Below, piece after piece: positions 11,710-23,510 of a stretch of DNA of 64,000 nucleotides. The notes beneath the pieces were generated by a model, which worked only from the letters and a program-made list of their open reading frames with translations, did no database searches and was not told where the DNA came from. How positions within the stretch are numbered: the stretch's first letter is position 1; each line of letters opens with the position of its first letter. The stretch lies in NCBI RefSeq assembly GCF_009914755.1, contig NC_060926.1, one strand, 5' to 3'. Position numbers and translations under genes: made by a program. This stretch comes from the human T2T-CHM13v2.0 reference genome, Homo sapiens.

Positions 11710-12014
11710 GTTTTTTTGAGACAGGGTCTCACTCTGTCACTCAGGCTGGAGTGTAGTGGCAAGATCATGGCTCACCGCAGCCTTGACCTCCTGGGCTCAG
11801 GTGATCCTCCTGCCTCAGCCTCTGGAGTAGCTGGGACTACAGCCACACACCAACATTTCCAGCTAATTTTCGTGGTTTTTTTTGTTTTTTTTTTTGTAGA
11901 GACGGGGTTTCACCATGTTGCACAGACTGGTCTTGAACTCCCGGGCTCAAGCGATCTACCCACCTTGGCCTCCCAAAGTGCTGAGATTACAGTTGTGAGC
12001 CACCATGCCTGGTC
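11710..12014 (-). mobile_element. AluJ inserted into an old L1M fragment
   Basis: AluJ-type sequence (gatcatggctcaccgcagccttgacctcctgggctcag); TSD tctttgccttt on both sides. Confidence 0.9.
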
Positions 12015-12424
12015 TTCTTTGCCTTTTAAAAACTGGTTTTATTACATGTTGTTTAGTTTAACTTGTATTTGAGTTTCATAAAAAATGATATTCTATGGTC
12101 GATGGGACTAGATTTTTCACTAAGTATTACTTCTCCAAGATTCGTCACTGTTGCATGCATGTAACAGGGCTTGAGTCAGGTTATCAGCTGTATAAGAGTT
12201 CATTGCTGGAATAAATCTCATTTTATTTATCTATCCCCTTGTCAGTGGACATTTGGGTTGTTCCTAGCTCTTTACTTCTGTGAACATTCTTGTTTTTGTC
12301 TCTTGGTATACATGTGTAAAAATATCTCTAGAACACAGTAAAAAGATTGGTGGTTGCCAGGGGCTTGGAAAGTGGTGGTGAATAGGTGAAGCCCAGGGAA
12401 TTTTTAGGGCAGTAAAACTATTCT

Positions 12425-13501
12425 GATATATATATATATACATACACACAACATATATATAAAATATATATATAACATTATATATAATATATAATATATT
12501 ATTATATATAATATATATAACATTATATATAATATATATGACATATATAACATATATTATATATAACATATATAAAATATATTATATATAACATATATAA
12601 AATATAACATATTATATATAACATATATAAAATATAACATATATTATATATAACATGTATAAAATATAACATATATTATATATAACATGTATAAAATATA
12701 ACATATATTATATAACATGTATAAACTATAACATATATTATATATAAAATATATTATATGTTATATATTATAAATAAAATATATTATATGTTATATATTA
12801 TAACATATTATATAAATAATATATAATATATAACATATATTATATAAATAATATATAACATAACATATATTACATAACATATAACATATAACATATAACA
12901 TATAACATATATAACATATAACATATAACATATATTATATATAATATATAACATATAACATATATTATATATAATATATAATATATAACATATATTATAT
13001 ATAATATATAACATATATTATATTATATATAATATATAACATATATTATATTATATATAATATATAACATATATTATATTATATATAATATATAACATAT
13101 ATTATATTATATATAATATATAACATATATTATATATAATATATAATATATAACATATAACATATATTATATTATATATAACATATAACATATATTATAT
13201 TATATATAATATATAACATATATTATATATAATATATAATATATAACATATAACATATATTATATATAATATATAACATATAACATATATTATATATAAT
13301 ATAATATATAACATATATTATATAATATATAATATATAACATATATTATATATAACATATAGCATATATTATATATAACATATAGCATATATTATATATA
13401 GCATATAACATATATTATATATAGCATATAACATATATAATATGTAACATTATATATAACATATATAATATGTAACATTATATATAACATATGTTATATA
13501 T
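12425..13501. repeat. ~1.1 kb AT-rich minisatellite/VNTR
   Basis: Variants of TATAACATATATTATA; four exact 28-mers tatataacatatattatattatatataa at 13005-13116. Confidence 0.97.
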
Positions 13502-14120
13502 TTCAGCCTCAAGGAAGAGGATACATCCCTACCCACTAAGTGTGGGCTGGGCTGTGCATGATGCGTTTGTTCCCTCCACGGAGTATAGGGGAAAGAGTCA
13601 CTTTACAGTGTCAAAATCTGACACATACTACCTCAGCTGGGTGATCAAGGTCAGTAGCAACAGTGATAAATCATGTTAGTACATGTCTTTCATATAATGA
13701 TAAAAATGGCATTTTACCTCAGTGGTCTTCCTCCCCAAAGTCCATAACCCCAGTCTAATCATGAGAAACACATCAAATAGATTCCACAGAGAGACATTCT
13801 ACAAAATACCTGACCAGTACTGCTCAACTGTCAGGGTCATCAGAAACAGGGGAAGTTTGAGAAACTCTCACAGCCAAGAGAAGCTTAAGGAAATATGTCA
13901 AGTAAATGGATGGGATCTTGGAGCAGAAGACTTTAGATAAAAGCTAAGAAAATGTGAATGAACTATGGACTTTAGTTAATCATGTAGCAATATGTAACAA
14001 GGGTACCATGCTAAGGTCAATGACAGAGAAAACTGGGTGAGAGAGTCTATGGGAATTCTCTACTGTCTTCTCAATTTCCCTATGAGTTTAAAACTGTTCT
14101 AAAAATAAAGCCTGTTAAAA
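13502..14120 (+). mobile_element. Old L1 (L1MC/L1MD-type) 3' UTR
   Basis: ccataaccccagtctaatcatgagaaa...cattctacaaaatacctgaccagtac, ending aaaataaa; an upstream piece lies at ~12330-12425. Confidence 0.8.
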
Positions 14121-14182
14121 TGGTATGGGTTCTAGAAAGTTATAGGTAAAAAGAAAATGATACCTTAAAACTGTCTCTAGAT

Positions 14183-14384
14183 CAGGGTTGGCAAACTTTG
14201 TTTGCAAAATATCAGCTAGTAAATATTGTAGGCTTTGAAGCCTTAAGGTGTCTGTTGCGACTACTCAACTCTGCTGTTGTGTGTTACAAGAGCAGCCATA
14301 TCTTAACAAGTAAGTGTGGCTGACTTCCAATAAAACTTTATTTAGCAAAAACAAAGTCCACAGGCCTCAGTTTGCAAACCCCTG
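14183..14384 (+). mobile_element. MER58A-like hAT MITE
   Basis: TIRs cagggttggcaaact / agtttgcaaacccctg; internal ctactcaactctgc and ttccaataaaactttattta. Confidence 0.85.
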
Positions 14385-14539
14385 CTCTCATGTATATAAA
14401 TGAAGTCAAAGTGCTAGGTCACAAATTTCCATCACATTGTGGTGGAAAGCATCAAGTTGTATTGCATCAAATACACATTCATCAGAAACAGCAGAAATGG
14501 ATTAACATTGAAGTCCATGTCTTGCCCAGAACTTAGCGT

Positions 14540-15100
14540 TTTTACTACAATTGTGTCTCACTGGGTTATTTTTTACTTCCTTCTTCTGAGAAATGCCTAT
14601 TTGCAGCTTTTGCTCATTTTCTGCTGGGCTGTCCTTTTTTCTAATGCATTGGCAGGAGTTCTTTATGTATTCTGGATAGTAATCTACCAGCTACAGATGT
14701 TGCGTATATTTTCTCCTGGTCTATGGCCTGCCTTTCACTTTTCTTTTGGTGTCTTTTGATGAACAGAGTTAATTTTAATGTCGTCTGGTTTATTAATGTT
14801 TCCTTATTGTAGTTAGTGCTTTTTCTCTCTTGTGTTTAAGAAATCATCTCAAACTCAAAGTCAGAAAGATACTCTTCTATATTTTCTTTGAAAAGTTTTG
14901 AAGTCTTGCCTTTCACCTGTAAATCCTCCGTGTACCTGAGATTTACTGAAAAGTACAGAATATATGGAGGAGGAAGGGATTCGATGTTATGTTTTTCTAC
15001 GTGGATGCCCAGTAGTCCCATCCCTGTTGCCTCCTCCCATGTTGGTCTGGAGTGCCATCTGCCATGTCACTGAGAGGATTACATTATATAATGCAGGAAA
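14540..15100 (-). mobile_element. Old L1M ORF2 remnant
   Basis: ORF 14836-15021 (VNLRYTEDLQVKGKTSKLFKENI) resembles L1 ORF2 [23 protein letters not shown]. Confidence 0.8.
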
Positions 15101-15749
15101 TGTGCTTGGCCTAGCCCCCAGCTTCAATTTAGTGAGACTGTGACTCTGAATTCCCCTTCCTTTCCAGGCTCTAGGGGAGCTGGGGCTCACAATCTTCTGC
15201 TTTCAATAATGCTTTTCCTAAACATGAAGACCATAATGTAATGAGGGCTTCTGGCTACAGCAAGCTTGCACATCCACCAGTGAACCAGGGTAACAGGACA
15301 GCAGCAGAAGGGGTCCTCACCCTCTGAGCACTGCAAAATGAACAGCTCGGCACTCCTCCTGCAGCTCAAACATTTGCTAAAGCACTTTTAAACAGGTCCT
15401 CAGTCAAGGACACTGGGAGATGGCAATTAAGTCTTCTTGAGACTCCAGGGGCCCTGGTGGCAGTGGCTGGGAAATCTGACCTGGTGAACAGATAAGAAAT
15501 GCTTATAATTAGCACATTCAATGTGAAATACATGTGATTGCACAGATTGTAATTTTCCAAACTGTCAAGACAATTCTCCAACAACTCTTCACTCATAAGG
15601 AGGCTCAGCATGGCCATTGTATATGCTACTAATTTCCTTGTTTTCATAGAGAGCAGATAGAAACCCCAACTCACCTTGTCTATATGTCCGTCAAATCTAA
15701 ATTCAAGGAATTGAAATGAATACGGACTTAATCTTACAGATATGTCTTA

Positions 15750-16560
15750 GATCATTTTCTTATTGAGGTAAAACTTACAGTCAATAAAATTTTACAGATC
15801 TGAAGTGTCCAGCTTATGAAACTTTTCCGTATATGTACACCTGTATTATTGCCACCTAGATCTGCATATTTAACATTTCCAGCCTCCAGAAAGCTCTCTC
15901 ATGCCCTTCCTGGTCATGTCTCCCTGCAGAGGTAGCCATTAGTCTGATTTCCATCATGCAGATTAGTTTTGCTTGTATCTGAAGTTCCCGTAAATGGAAG
16001 CTTTATCATGTGTACTCTTTTGCATATGGCTTCTTTAGCTCAACATTCTGCCTGAGATTCATCTGGGAGCTTTATGTAGCTAGAGTTTGCTTTTTCAATA
16101 GTAAAATGATGAATATGTGATGACACATTGTATGATCTGCCACAATTCATTTTACTATTGATGGACATTTTGGTTGTTTCCAGGTTGGGGCCATTATAAA
16201 TAAGGCTGCTATGAACTTCAGTGAATATGTGTTTTGGTGCACATGTGTGCTCCTGTATGTTGAGTATAAACCTAGGAGCTGAATCTCTAGATTATGATAG
16301 GCATTGGATTTTCTTTCTTCTTTGTTTTGAAAAAAAAAGCAGCTTAATTAAGGTATAATTTATATATAATAAATCAACCAATTTTAACTTTATAATTTTT
16401 GACAAATGTATTCAGTGTCTAAGCATGATGATCATCAAGATAGAGAACTGTTCCATCCCATCCCAAAATTCCTTTGTGCTTCTTTGCAATCACTTTCCCC
16501 TTCCCTCAGCCCCTCACAACCTCTGATTTAATTTCTTTCGGTACAGTTTTGCCTTTTCTT
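15750..16560 (-). mobile_element. L1ME/L1MB 3'-end fragments
   Basis: ttattgaggtaaaacttaca..., ttgatggacattttggttgtttccagg; a second 3' end starts near 16330. Confidence 0.75.
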
Positions 16561-16564
16561 GTGC

Positions 16565-17430
16565 CCAGTTGATGATGAGTCACTCCTGAATCTCTACTGC
16601 CAGTTTTGATCTCTCTCCTGAGCTACAAACTTTCATCTCCACCTGCCTCCTAAGTGTCCCCAATGGAGAACTCTAAATGAATGAACCCTAGTGGAACCCA
16701 ACACCTCTTCCTCCTCCTCCAGCAAAGTTTCCCTCCCTGTGTTCTCTGTCTCCTGAGAGAATCACTCTTAATCCTGGTGGCCACGCCAGAAAGCTGGTTA
16801 GCACTTAATATCGACCTCCTTCCTCTCCCTACCACCCATATCCAATCAATGAGCCCTAGTCAATGCTCTCTAAATATCTCTTGGATCAACCTACTTCTTT
16901 CCAGCTCCTCTGTATTAGTTTACCATCGTCTCTGAATTGCCTCAAGGTGTCTGACTTTTTGCTTCTTAGCATGAACCCCCACAGTCCATTCTCCACACTA
17001 GAGAGGAGCCCTTCTAAAGTGTGAACCTGACCAGGCCACTCTTTAGCATGAAACTTTTCAAGAGCCTCCTGGGACTTGTGGTCACACAGCTGCCTTCACA
17101 CGAGGCCTCTTCCCTACCTTCATCCCAGCCCCAAACCTGCCTCTGCTGAGCTCTTGAATGTCCTCATGTCCCAGTGAAGAAGTCACTGCTGTGTAAGCTC
17201 GGCCTCAACCTGAATAGCAAGTGCAGGTCAAGTCTGACCTGGGCCCCCCCTTTCGTTGTTCCCCTAGCACTTCTTACTTCACCTCTTCCAGCACTGAATG
17301 CAATCACTCTGTCTGTAATTCCATTTATTTTCTGTGTCCTCTTCAACTGAAAGCCATGTGAAGACAGAGTCCATGTCTGTCTAGTTCACTGTCATGCCTG
17401 GAAACAAATATTTGCTGAAAAATAAAGAAT
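16565..17430 (+). mobile_element. L2 LINE 3' portion
   Basis: ctctctcctgagct...atccaatcaa...cagtccattctccacac...caaatatttgctgaa. Confidence 0.75.
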
Positions 17431-17502
17431 ACTGGTACATAACCTATTCTATTCATTCAGTATATCTATCATCAAATACTTTAAAGGAAATCTATAATTT
17501 TT

Positions 17503-17786
17503 TTGAGAAAATTTTTGCAATCTATGCATCTAACATTTTTCATTATAAAGAAAACAAGATAAGTTAAAAAGCAGATGTCCAACTGGGAGAAAATGTTTCT
17601 AAATATATCACTTATAAAGGACTAGTATTTCTAATACATGTAGAACTCTTTTTTAAAAAAATTTTATTATTATTATACTTTAAGTTTTAGGGTACATGTG
17701 CACAATGTGCATGTTTGTTACATATGTATACATGTGCCATGTTGGTGTGCTGCACCCATTAACTCGTCATTTAGCATTAGGTATAT
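17503..17786 (-). mobile_element. 5'-truncated L1PA (PA4/5-like) with apparent 3' transduction
   Basis: L1PA 3' end at ~17660-17786; TSD ggaaatctataatttt at 17486-17501 and 17787-17802 encloses ~150 bp of extra sequence. Confidence 0.75.
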
Positions 17787-19039
17787 GGAAATCTATAATT
17801 TTAAAGGAAATCTATTATATTACTGCATAAATGTACAATCATTTATTTAAGTAATTGTCAGGCATTAAGATAGCTATCTTTTTTTCTGATTATATCTATT
17901 ATTATAGTGGGTATCTTTGCACACAGTTCTCAATACACAATCATTATTTAGGGGACTAAAATTTCTAAAAATGAAAATGGTAGGTCAAAATGTATGCATA
18001 TACATTGGGAACTCCTAGGCCAGTATTTTTCAAACAGATCTTAACTCTTTGGTAGGTTATAAAATGCACCCTGTCCCCAGCTGAGGCTTGCCTCCGTTTG
18101 GCGAGTGAGAACATGCACAGAAGCTATTCCTTTCCGTGTATTTAAGTCAATACGTGTGCCCCTTAATATTTTGCAGCAGGGAGGTTCAATTGAAGTAAAA
18201 AAGCTAATAAATAAGGCCATAAATGAATCCACCAATTGGTAAGCAGATATAAACATATGGGAAAGCGCCCGGATTCTGGACTTCACATGAGCTATTTTTT
18301 TCCCATTAAGATTTTTTAAAAAAAAGATTGGAATTGAAGTTTGTTTGATGAAGGCACAATCCCCCAGTGGGTGTTTCCTTGTCCCTTGGAGTCAGGAAAT
18401 ATCACTCATCTTAGGTGGGTCCTTTGATGTCAACTTCCTGAAATTAATTCTCAGAGCTATTTATGACAATATAAACCAATTACGGCAATATAAATCTTCA
18501 GGTTCTTGGAACCCAAAATGGTAAACGTTCCCTGAATTGGATAGAGGCTGACCATGTCAGAAAACCTTGGAAGAAAGTTTGAAGTAGAATGGGGGGACTG
18601 TTGGAGCACCACACATATCATAAAGGAATCTGGCACTGGGTCCTTGCTGTCTGCCTGCTAGCTGTGGGAGGCGTGTTTCTCAGTGAGCCTCTGTTCCAAA
18701 ATTCATAAAATAGAGCTATAAAGGCCTCCTTATAGATCTTGCCTTTTCATTCAGAGTATCAAAATGAGGCACAGTATGGAGAAGGGCTTTGTAACCATGA
18801 AGTTATCTACAAAGGCTTGGTGATGTTACTTGGATTAACCAGCCCTTAGGTCGACTTTTCAAAACAGGAGGGAAGGCTAGGGGAGGATCAGGTTCCTAGG
18901 GTGTTTTTGGTTGTATCCTAAAATCCCTTGTTCTCTTGGATACAGTATAAGCACTGTTAACATTCAACATTGCTCCTGTGGTTTCTGTGTTACAAACAGC
19001 AACAGAAGGTAGCAAGTCCAGTAGCCAAGCCCCCCAGCA

Positions 19040-19200
19040 CAGAGAGAGTATGAACTTCAGACTCAGCAGACCCAGGTTTGAATCTCAGCTTCATCACCAG
19101 TTAACTGCTCTCTGAGTGCATCTATGAATTGGGGATAATGACACCTTATTGGGAGGGCCATATGAATGATACAATGCAATAGTTGTGTGAACGTAGTGTC
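19040..19200 (+). mobile_element. MIR SINE
   Basis: cagacccaggtttgaatctcagcttcatcac...catctatgaattggggataatgacacc. Confidence 0.7.
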
Positions 19201-21039
19201 TGCTTGTGAAGTCATAATCCTTGCTAAGGCAGTGCTGATCTTCCAAGGTTGGCGATGACAGAGAAAATCCGTGCAGAGCTGAGGAGGCTGAGCCTGCCAT
19301 TTTCCACTTCCTGTGTCTCTGAGATGCTCTTCTCTTTGATCGCATGTTCTGGACTTCAGTGTGCAAATGTGCTTTGGTAACTCAATTAAAAAGTCAGTCC
19401 CTGGACTGCATCCCCAGTGATTGAAATGCATCTATGATACCAACTGCCTCCCCTGGTGTCTTCCCCTGACCTAAGGTCAGTATTGATGCCTCCAGGACAC
19501 CGGCTGTCCTTTGAGGTTCTGGCCACAGCATGGACTCTGCCTTCCCCTCGTAGATCCCATATCCATGGCTCAAGGATAAAGGAAAGGACTTAGGTAGAGG
19601 GACATGGAGTTTACCCATCCAGCCAAAGCCAAGAGACCCCCTTCAGGCCCCTTCCACCTAACTCTGTGTCTGTGTAGCCCCTCCCCCACACCCCAAGCTT
19701 AAAGCCAGGAAGGAGCAACCCTCAGCCACGCAGAAAGAAGGGAGACAGCGCCTTCTTTCCCAGTCTCAGATCCTGGCCTTTCACTCCAGAGGGGCTGCAC
19801 CAAGGCTGCAGATAGCCCTTGCCTGCCTCAGGGGCAACTTCTCCGTGAAGTAGGACTCTGGACTTTGACAGTCCTTCCAGGCATCTCCTCACTCAGGCCT
19901 TCCCTGGGCAACCATGTCTGCAGGGACAGCTCCAGAATTCTCACACTGAGGAAATTGGGGTGGCAATAAGGGGCTGAGGTCTAACAAAATGCTGTTTTTA
20001 CTTAAACTGCATGTTATGTATAGATAGATAAAAATGCAGTTTCCTAGAGGTATTTTTATTCCCACTTGAATAAGATTGAGAAAATATTGTAGAGCTGAAA
20101 CAATATTATTAGTGCTATAACTGTTACTGGACTTATTTCTTTACTACAATCCCTTATTTATGATCATGGATGCAAAAGGCTCAGAAAATCATGTTTTTGC
20201 CCAACCTGTTTGGTGGTAAAACCTTTCCTAAGTGGGTGCGAAACCATTTATCATCTTTATCTCTCTGGCTTGGTTTGAACACTCATCCATCCTGTTTGCT
20301 TGGTTATGGGCTGCTGCTCCAGATCCCTTGGGGATGTCAGGAACCATTCAGTTTTTATACTATCTTACTTTCATCAAAACCCTAAAATTCTGAATTTTCA
20401 AATGCTTCTGGCTTGCAGAGTTTTGGCTGAGGGGTCATGCACTTTATTATATTAATGCTCATTGTTGTTGCTGCTGTTTAAGAGTGGCAAGGGTGAGCTG
20501 GGACTAAAGGGTCCCCCAGACACCCACCAACCCTCCAACTGCTCCTCAGACATCACTGCTGCCAACTTCTGGTTGGACTTCATCAGCTCCATCTCAGGCC
20601 AGATCATCGCCATGGCTCAAAGCTGTGACCAGGAAAAATTCCCCACACAGAAGCCCCTAAAACTGTGCTTGCTTTCCTGGCCCAAAGGCAGGTGGTGGCT
20701 TTTCCCATTGGGCTTCAGGGTGTACTGTGGCTCTGAGCCCCAGGCAGGACCAAGGAGGACGCCAAGGTAGCTGTCAATGCCAGCAGTAATGAATCACTGG
20801 GAATCAGATAACAAGGCTATTACCTCCAGCACCTTCGTCAAAGGCACTCTCAGCCAGGACTCATGAATCTGCCATGCTTGTCAGCCCTCCCCACACCCCA
20901 GCCCTATCCCACCCCTTCCCAGTCCCCAAATGTCAATCAATCTGAGAAGGGAAGGGGAGAGCCAGAGTCTCTGCCTGAGGAGTCCTTGGCACAGAAGCAG
21001 GGGCTGCTGCGACCCAGCAGACACCAGTGGCTCAGAGAG

Positions 21040-21155
21040 GGCTGGACCCCAGAAGGACATGACTGTGTGTCCATCTTATTCTCTGCTGTGTCCCAGGGCC
21101 CCAGCACAGCACTAGCACTTAGTAGCAACTCAAGGATTATTTGCTGAATGAATTC
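21040..21155 (+). mobile_element. L2 3' end
   Basis: ttctctgctgtgtcccagggccccagcacag...tatttgctgaatgaat. Confidence 0.7.
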
Positions 21156-21244
21156 GTAAACCCAAGTAACATTCACTTAACTGGCCAGACAACAGTAGGT
21201 AAAATGATCAGAATCACCAGTGGGCCCATAGTAGCTCTGGGAGA

Positions 21245-21445
21245 TTTACTGTAGTGCCTACTGTATGCAGAGCCCTACTAAGTGCTACGTGCCATGCCCC
21301 GTATAGTTTAGACCTTAACACACTACGTGAAGGAGAGATTTTTACCCTCATTTTATAGGCAATGAGTTGAGGCACATTGAAGGAAAAACCCTTTATTGAG
21401 GTCCCCTGGACCACCGTGGATCCAGACTTTAAATATGACTTCCAT
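21245..21445 (-). mobile_element. MIR SINE
   Basis: ccctcattttataggcaatgagttgaggcac. Confidence 0.6.
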
Positions 21446-22084
21446 CCTGCTCCGCTGCCCATGAACAACCCATTTGTCAACTTTACCCCACCACGGGGCT
21501 AGGCCAGGCTCCGCCACCATTCTTCATGTTCTGAGTAGAAACAACTGCTAGGACCTCAAAAAGAGACACCAAGAGCTTTCTCCTGGTGCAAGAAACCAAG
21601 AAGTGAGGACGGAGGAGATGATAGAGAAGGGGAAATGGTGGTGGTGGCGGGGGTGGGGAGTTCGACTCCATAGTTTGTCCTGCCTCCCAAGTCCCTTTCC
21701 TCCCTCCCCGATCATCTGAAGCACAGCTTCTCTGCAAGCTCAGGGATTTCTCTTACCTCCATCTCCCCTGACCCAGCCCTGCCACCTGCCCGCTATGTCT
21801 GTGGTCCAGTAGTCCACTCAGATAGGCATCATTCCCTTACAAAGCTATGAAAACTCAATCCTCACCCTTGTTTTTTGTTAAATCACAAGAAACCCACATT
21901 TGCGACTTACTCATCCCCTCCTGTGAGAGCAGACCCTGAGGTGGCTCCTGGGATTCCCACCTCCTGGGACCCACGCACTGTGTAATTCCCTCCCCTGTGG
22001 GTAAGCTGGTGTTTGGAACTCACTTCTAGGGAAAAGAAAAACAGGAGCCTTGGGGTTTAACTTTGATGTTCATTTGTATGAATC

Positions 22085-22265
22085 ATCTCATTCTGGAGTC
22101 CTGGAGCAATCATATTAGAGTCTGATTGAAAGCTATACACCCTCTCCCAACACAAACGCACATTATGCACAGTGAATTTGCAACTACTTTCAAGAGGTTC
22201 ATGAGCCCTTTCCTAAAGCCCCATCTTGGAGACCCTTAATTTATGGTCTCCAAGTAAAGGCCCCA
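22085..22265 (+). mobile_element. MER117-like hAT element
   Basis: gagtctgattgaaagctatacaccctctcccaacacaaacgcacat...aatttgcaactactttcaagaggttcatg. Confidence 0.55.
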
Positions 22266-22559
22266 TTTCCTGAATGGTTAATATTTCTTTTAAACAGAGT
22301 TTACCATCCACTAGGTGTGACTGTGGGCACTGGTAAGAGCTGGTAAGAGCTGTAACGGGGTAAGAGCTGGAATGGGGTTTATAAACCATGAAGTTATCTA
22401 CAAAGGCTTGGTGATGTTACTTGGATTAACCAGCCCTTGGGTTGACTTTTCGGTTGACTGGTAGGAGCTGGAAAGGTGTTCGAATCCAGCCCATCTGGCT
22501 CTAGACTGCCTCCCTGTTTTATAAGAAAATCATAGAGGTGTTTGCTGTTGTTTCTACTT

Positions 22560-23510
22560 GTTCTGCTTTGTTTTATGTATATTCTATAGAGACTGAAATG
22601 CACAGATTTTAAGCGTACATTTTGAGGAGTTTTGACAAATGTATACTCCTGTGTGATTCCCACCCAAATCAAGATATTCAACATCTCCATCTTCCCAGAA
22701 AGTCCCACAGGCTCCTCTCACTCACTCCCTTCCTGCTCCCCATCATGCTAAGGTGGCCACCATTTTGAATGCTGTTTCCATCGATTCCTTTTGCTGCTTC
22801 TTGACCATCACATAAGTGGACTCATAAATACAGTCAACCCTCTCTGTCCATGGGTTCCACATTCATGGAGTCAACCAACTGTGGATCAAAAATATTTGAA
22901 GAAGAAAACAATAAAAAATAACAATACAGCAATAAAAACTATATAAATAAAAATACATAATAATTATTTGCATAGCATTTATATTGTTTTAGGTATTATA
23001 CATAATCTAGAGATGATTTAAAGCACACGGGAGGATGTGCGTAGGTTATATGCAAATGCTATGCCATTTTACATAAGGGACTTGAGCATTCATGGAGTTT
23101 AGCGTCCACTGGGATCCTGGAACCAATTCCCCCAGGATGCCAAGGGATAACTGAACATACACTTTTGCATCTGGCTTCTTTCACTCAGCATAATTTCTGT
23201 AAGATTCATCCATGTGGTTGTACATATTTGGAAATTTGTCCCCTTTAATTACTGAATAGAAATTTATCGTATGAATGTACTATAGTTTGTTCATTCATTC
23301 TCCTTTGACTGACACAAGGACATCTCTAATTTGGTGGTATGATGAATAAAGCTGCTACAAATATTTTGAAGTCTTTTGTGGGCATATATAGATTCATTTC
23401 TCTCGGGTAAAGACCTAGGGATGAAACTGCTGAGCCAAAGGATAGGTGTGTGTTTACATTTGTTAGAAACTTTCAGACAGTTTTCTAAAGTGGTTGTGTC
23501 ATCTTATCTT
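22560..23510 (-). mobile_element. L1ME/L1MB 3' fragment interrupted by MER2
   Basis: aaatgcacagattttaagcgtaca...; resumes after MER2 with tctggcttctttcactcagcataat. Confidence 0.75.
22831..23153 (-). mobile_element. MER2-family (Tigger-derived) MITE
   Basis: cagtcaaccctc... to ...aagggataactg; internal taatctagagatgatttaaag...gtaggttatatgcaaat. Confidence 0.85.

Noticed and set aside
12264-13014. Ile/Tyr-rich ORFs (also 33473-34131)
   Set aside because: Translations of AT-rich simple repeats
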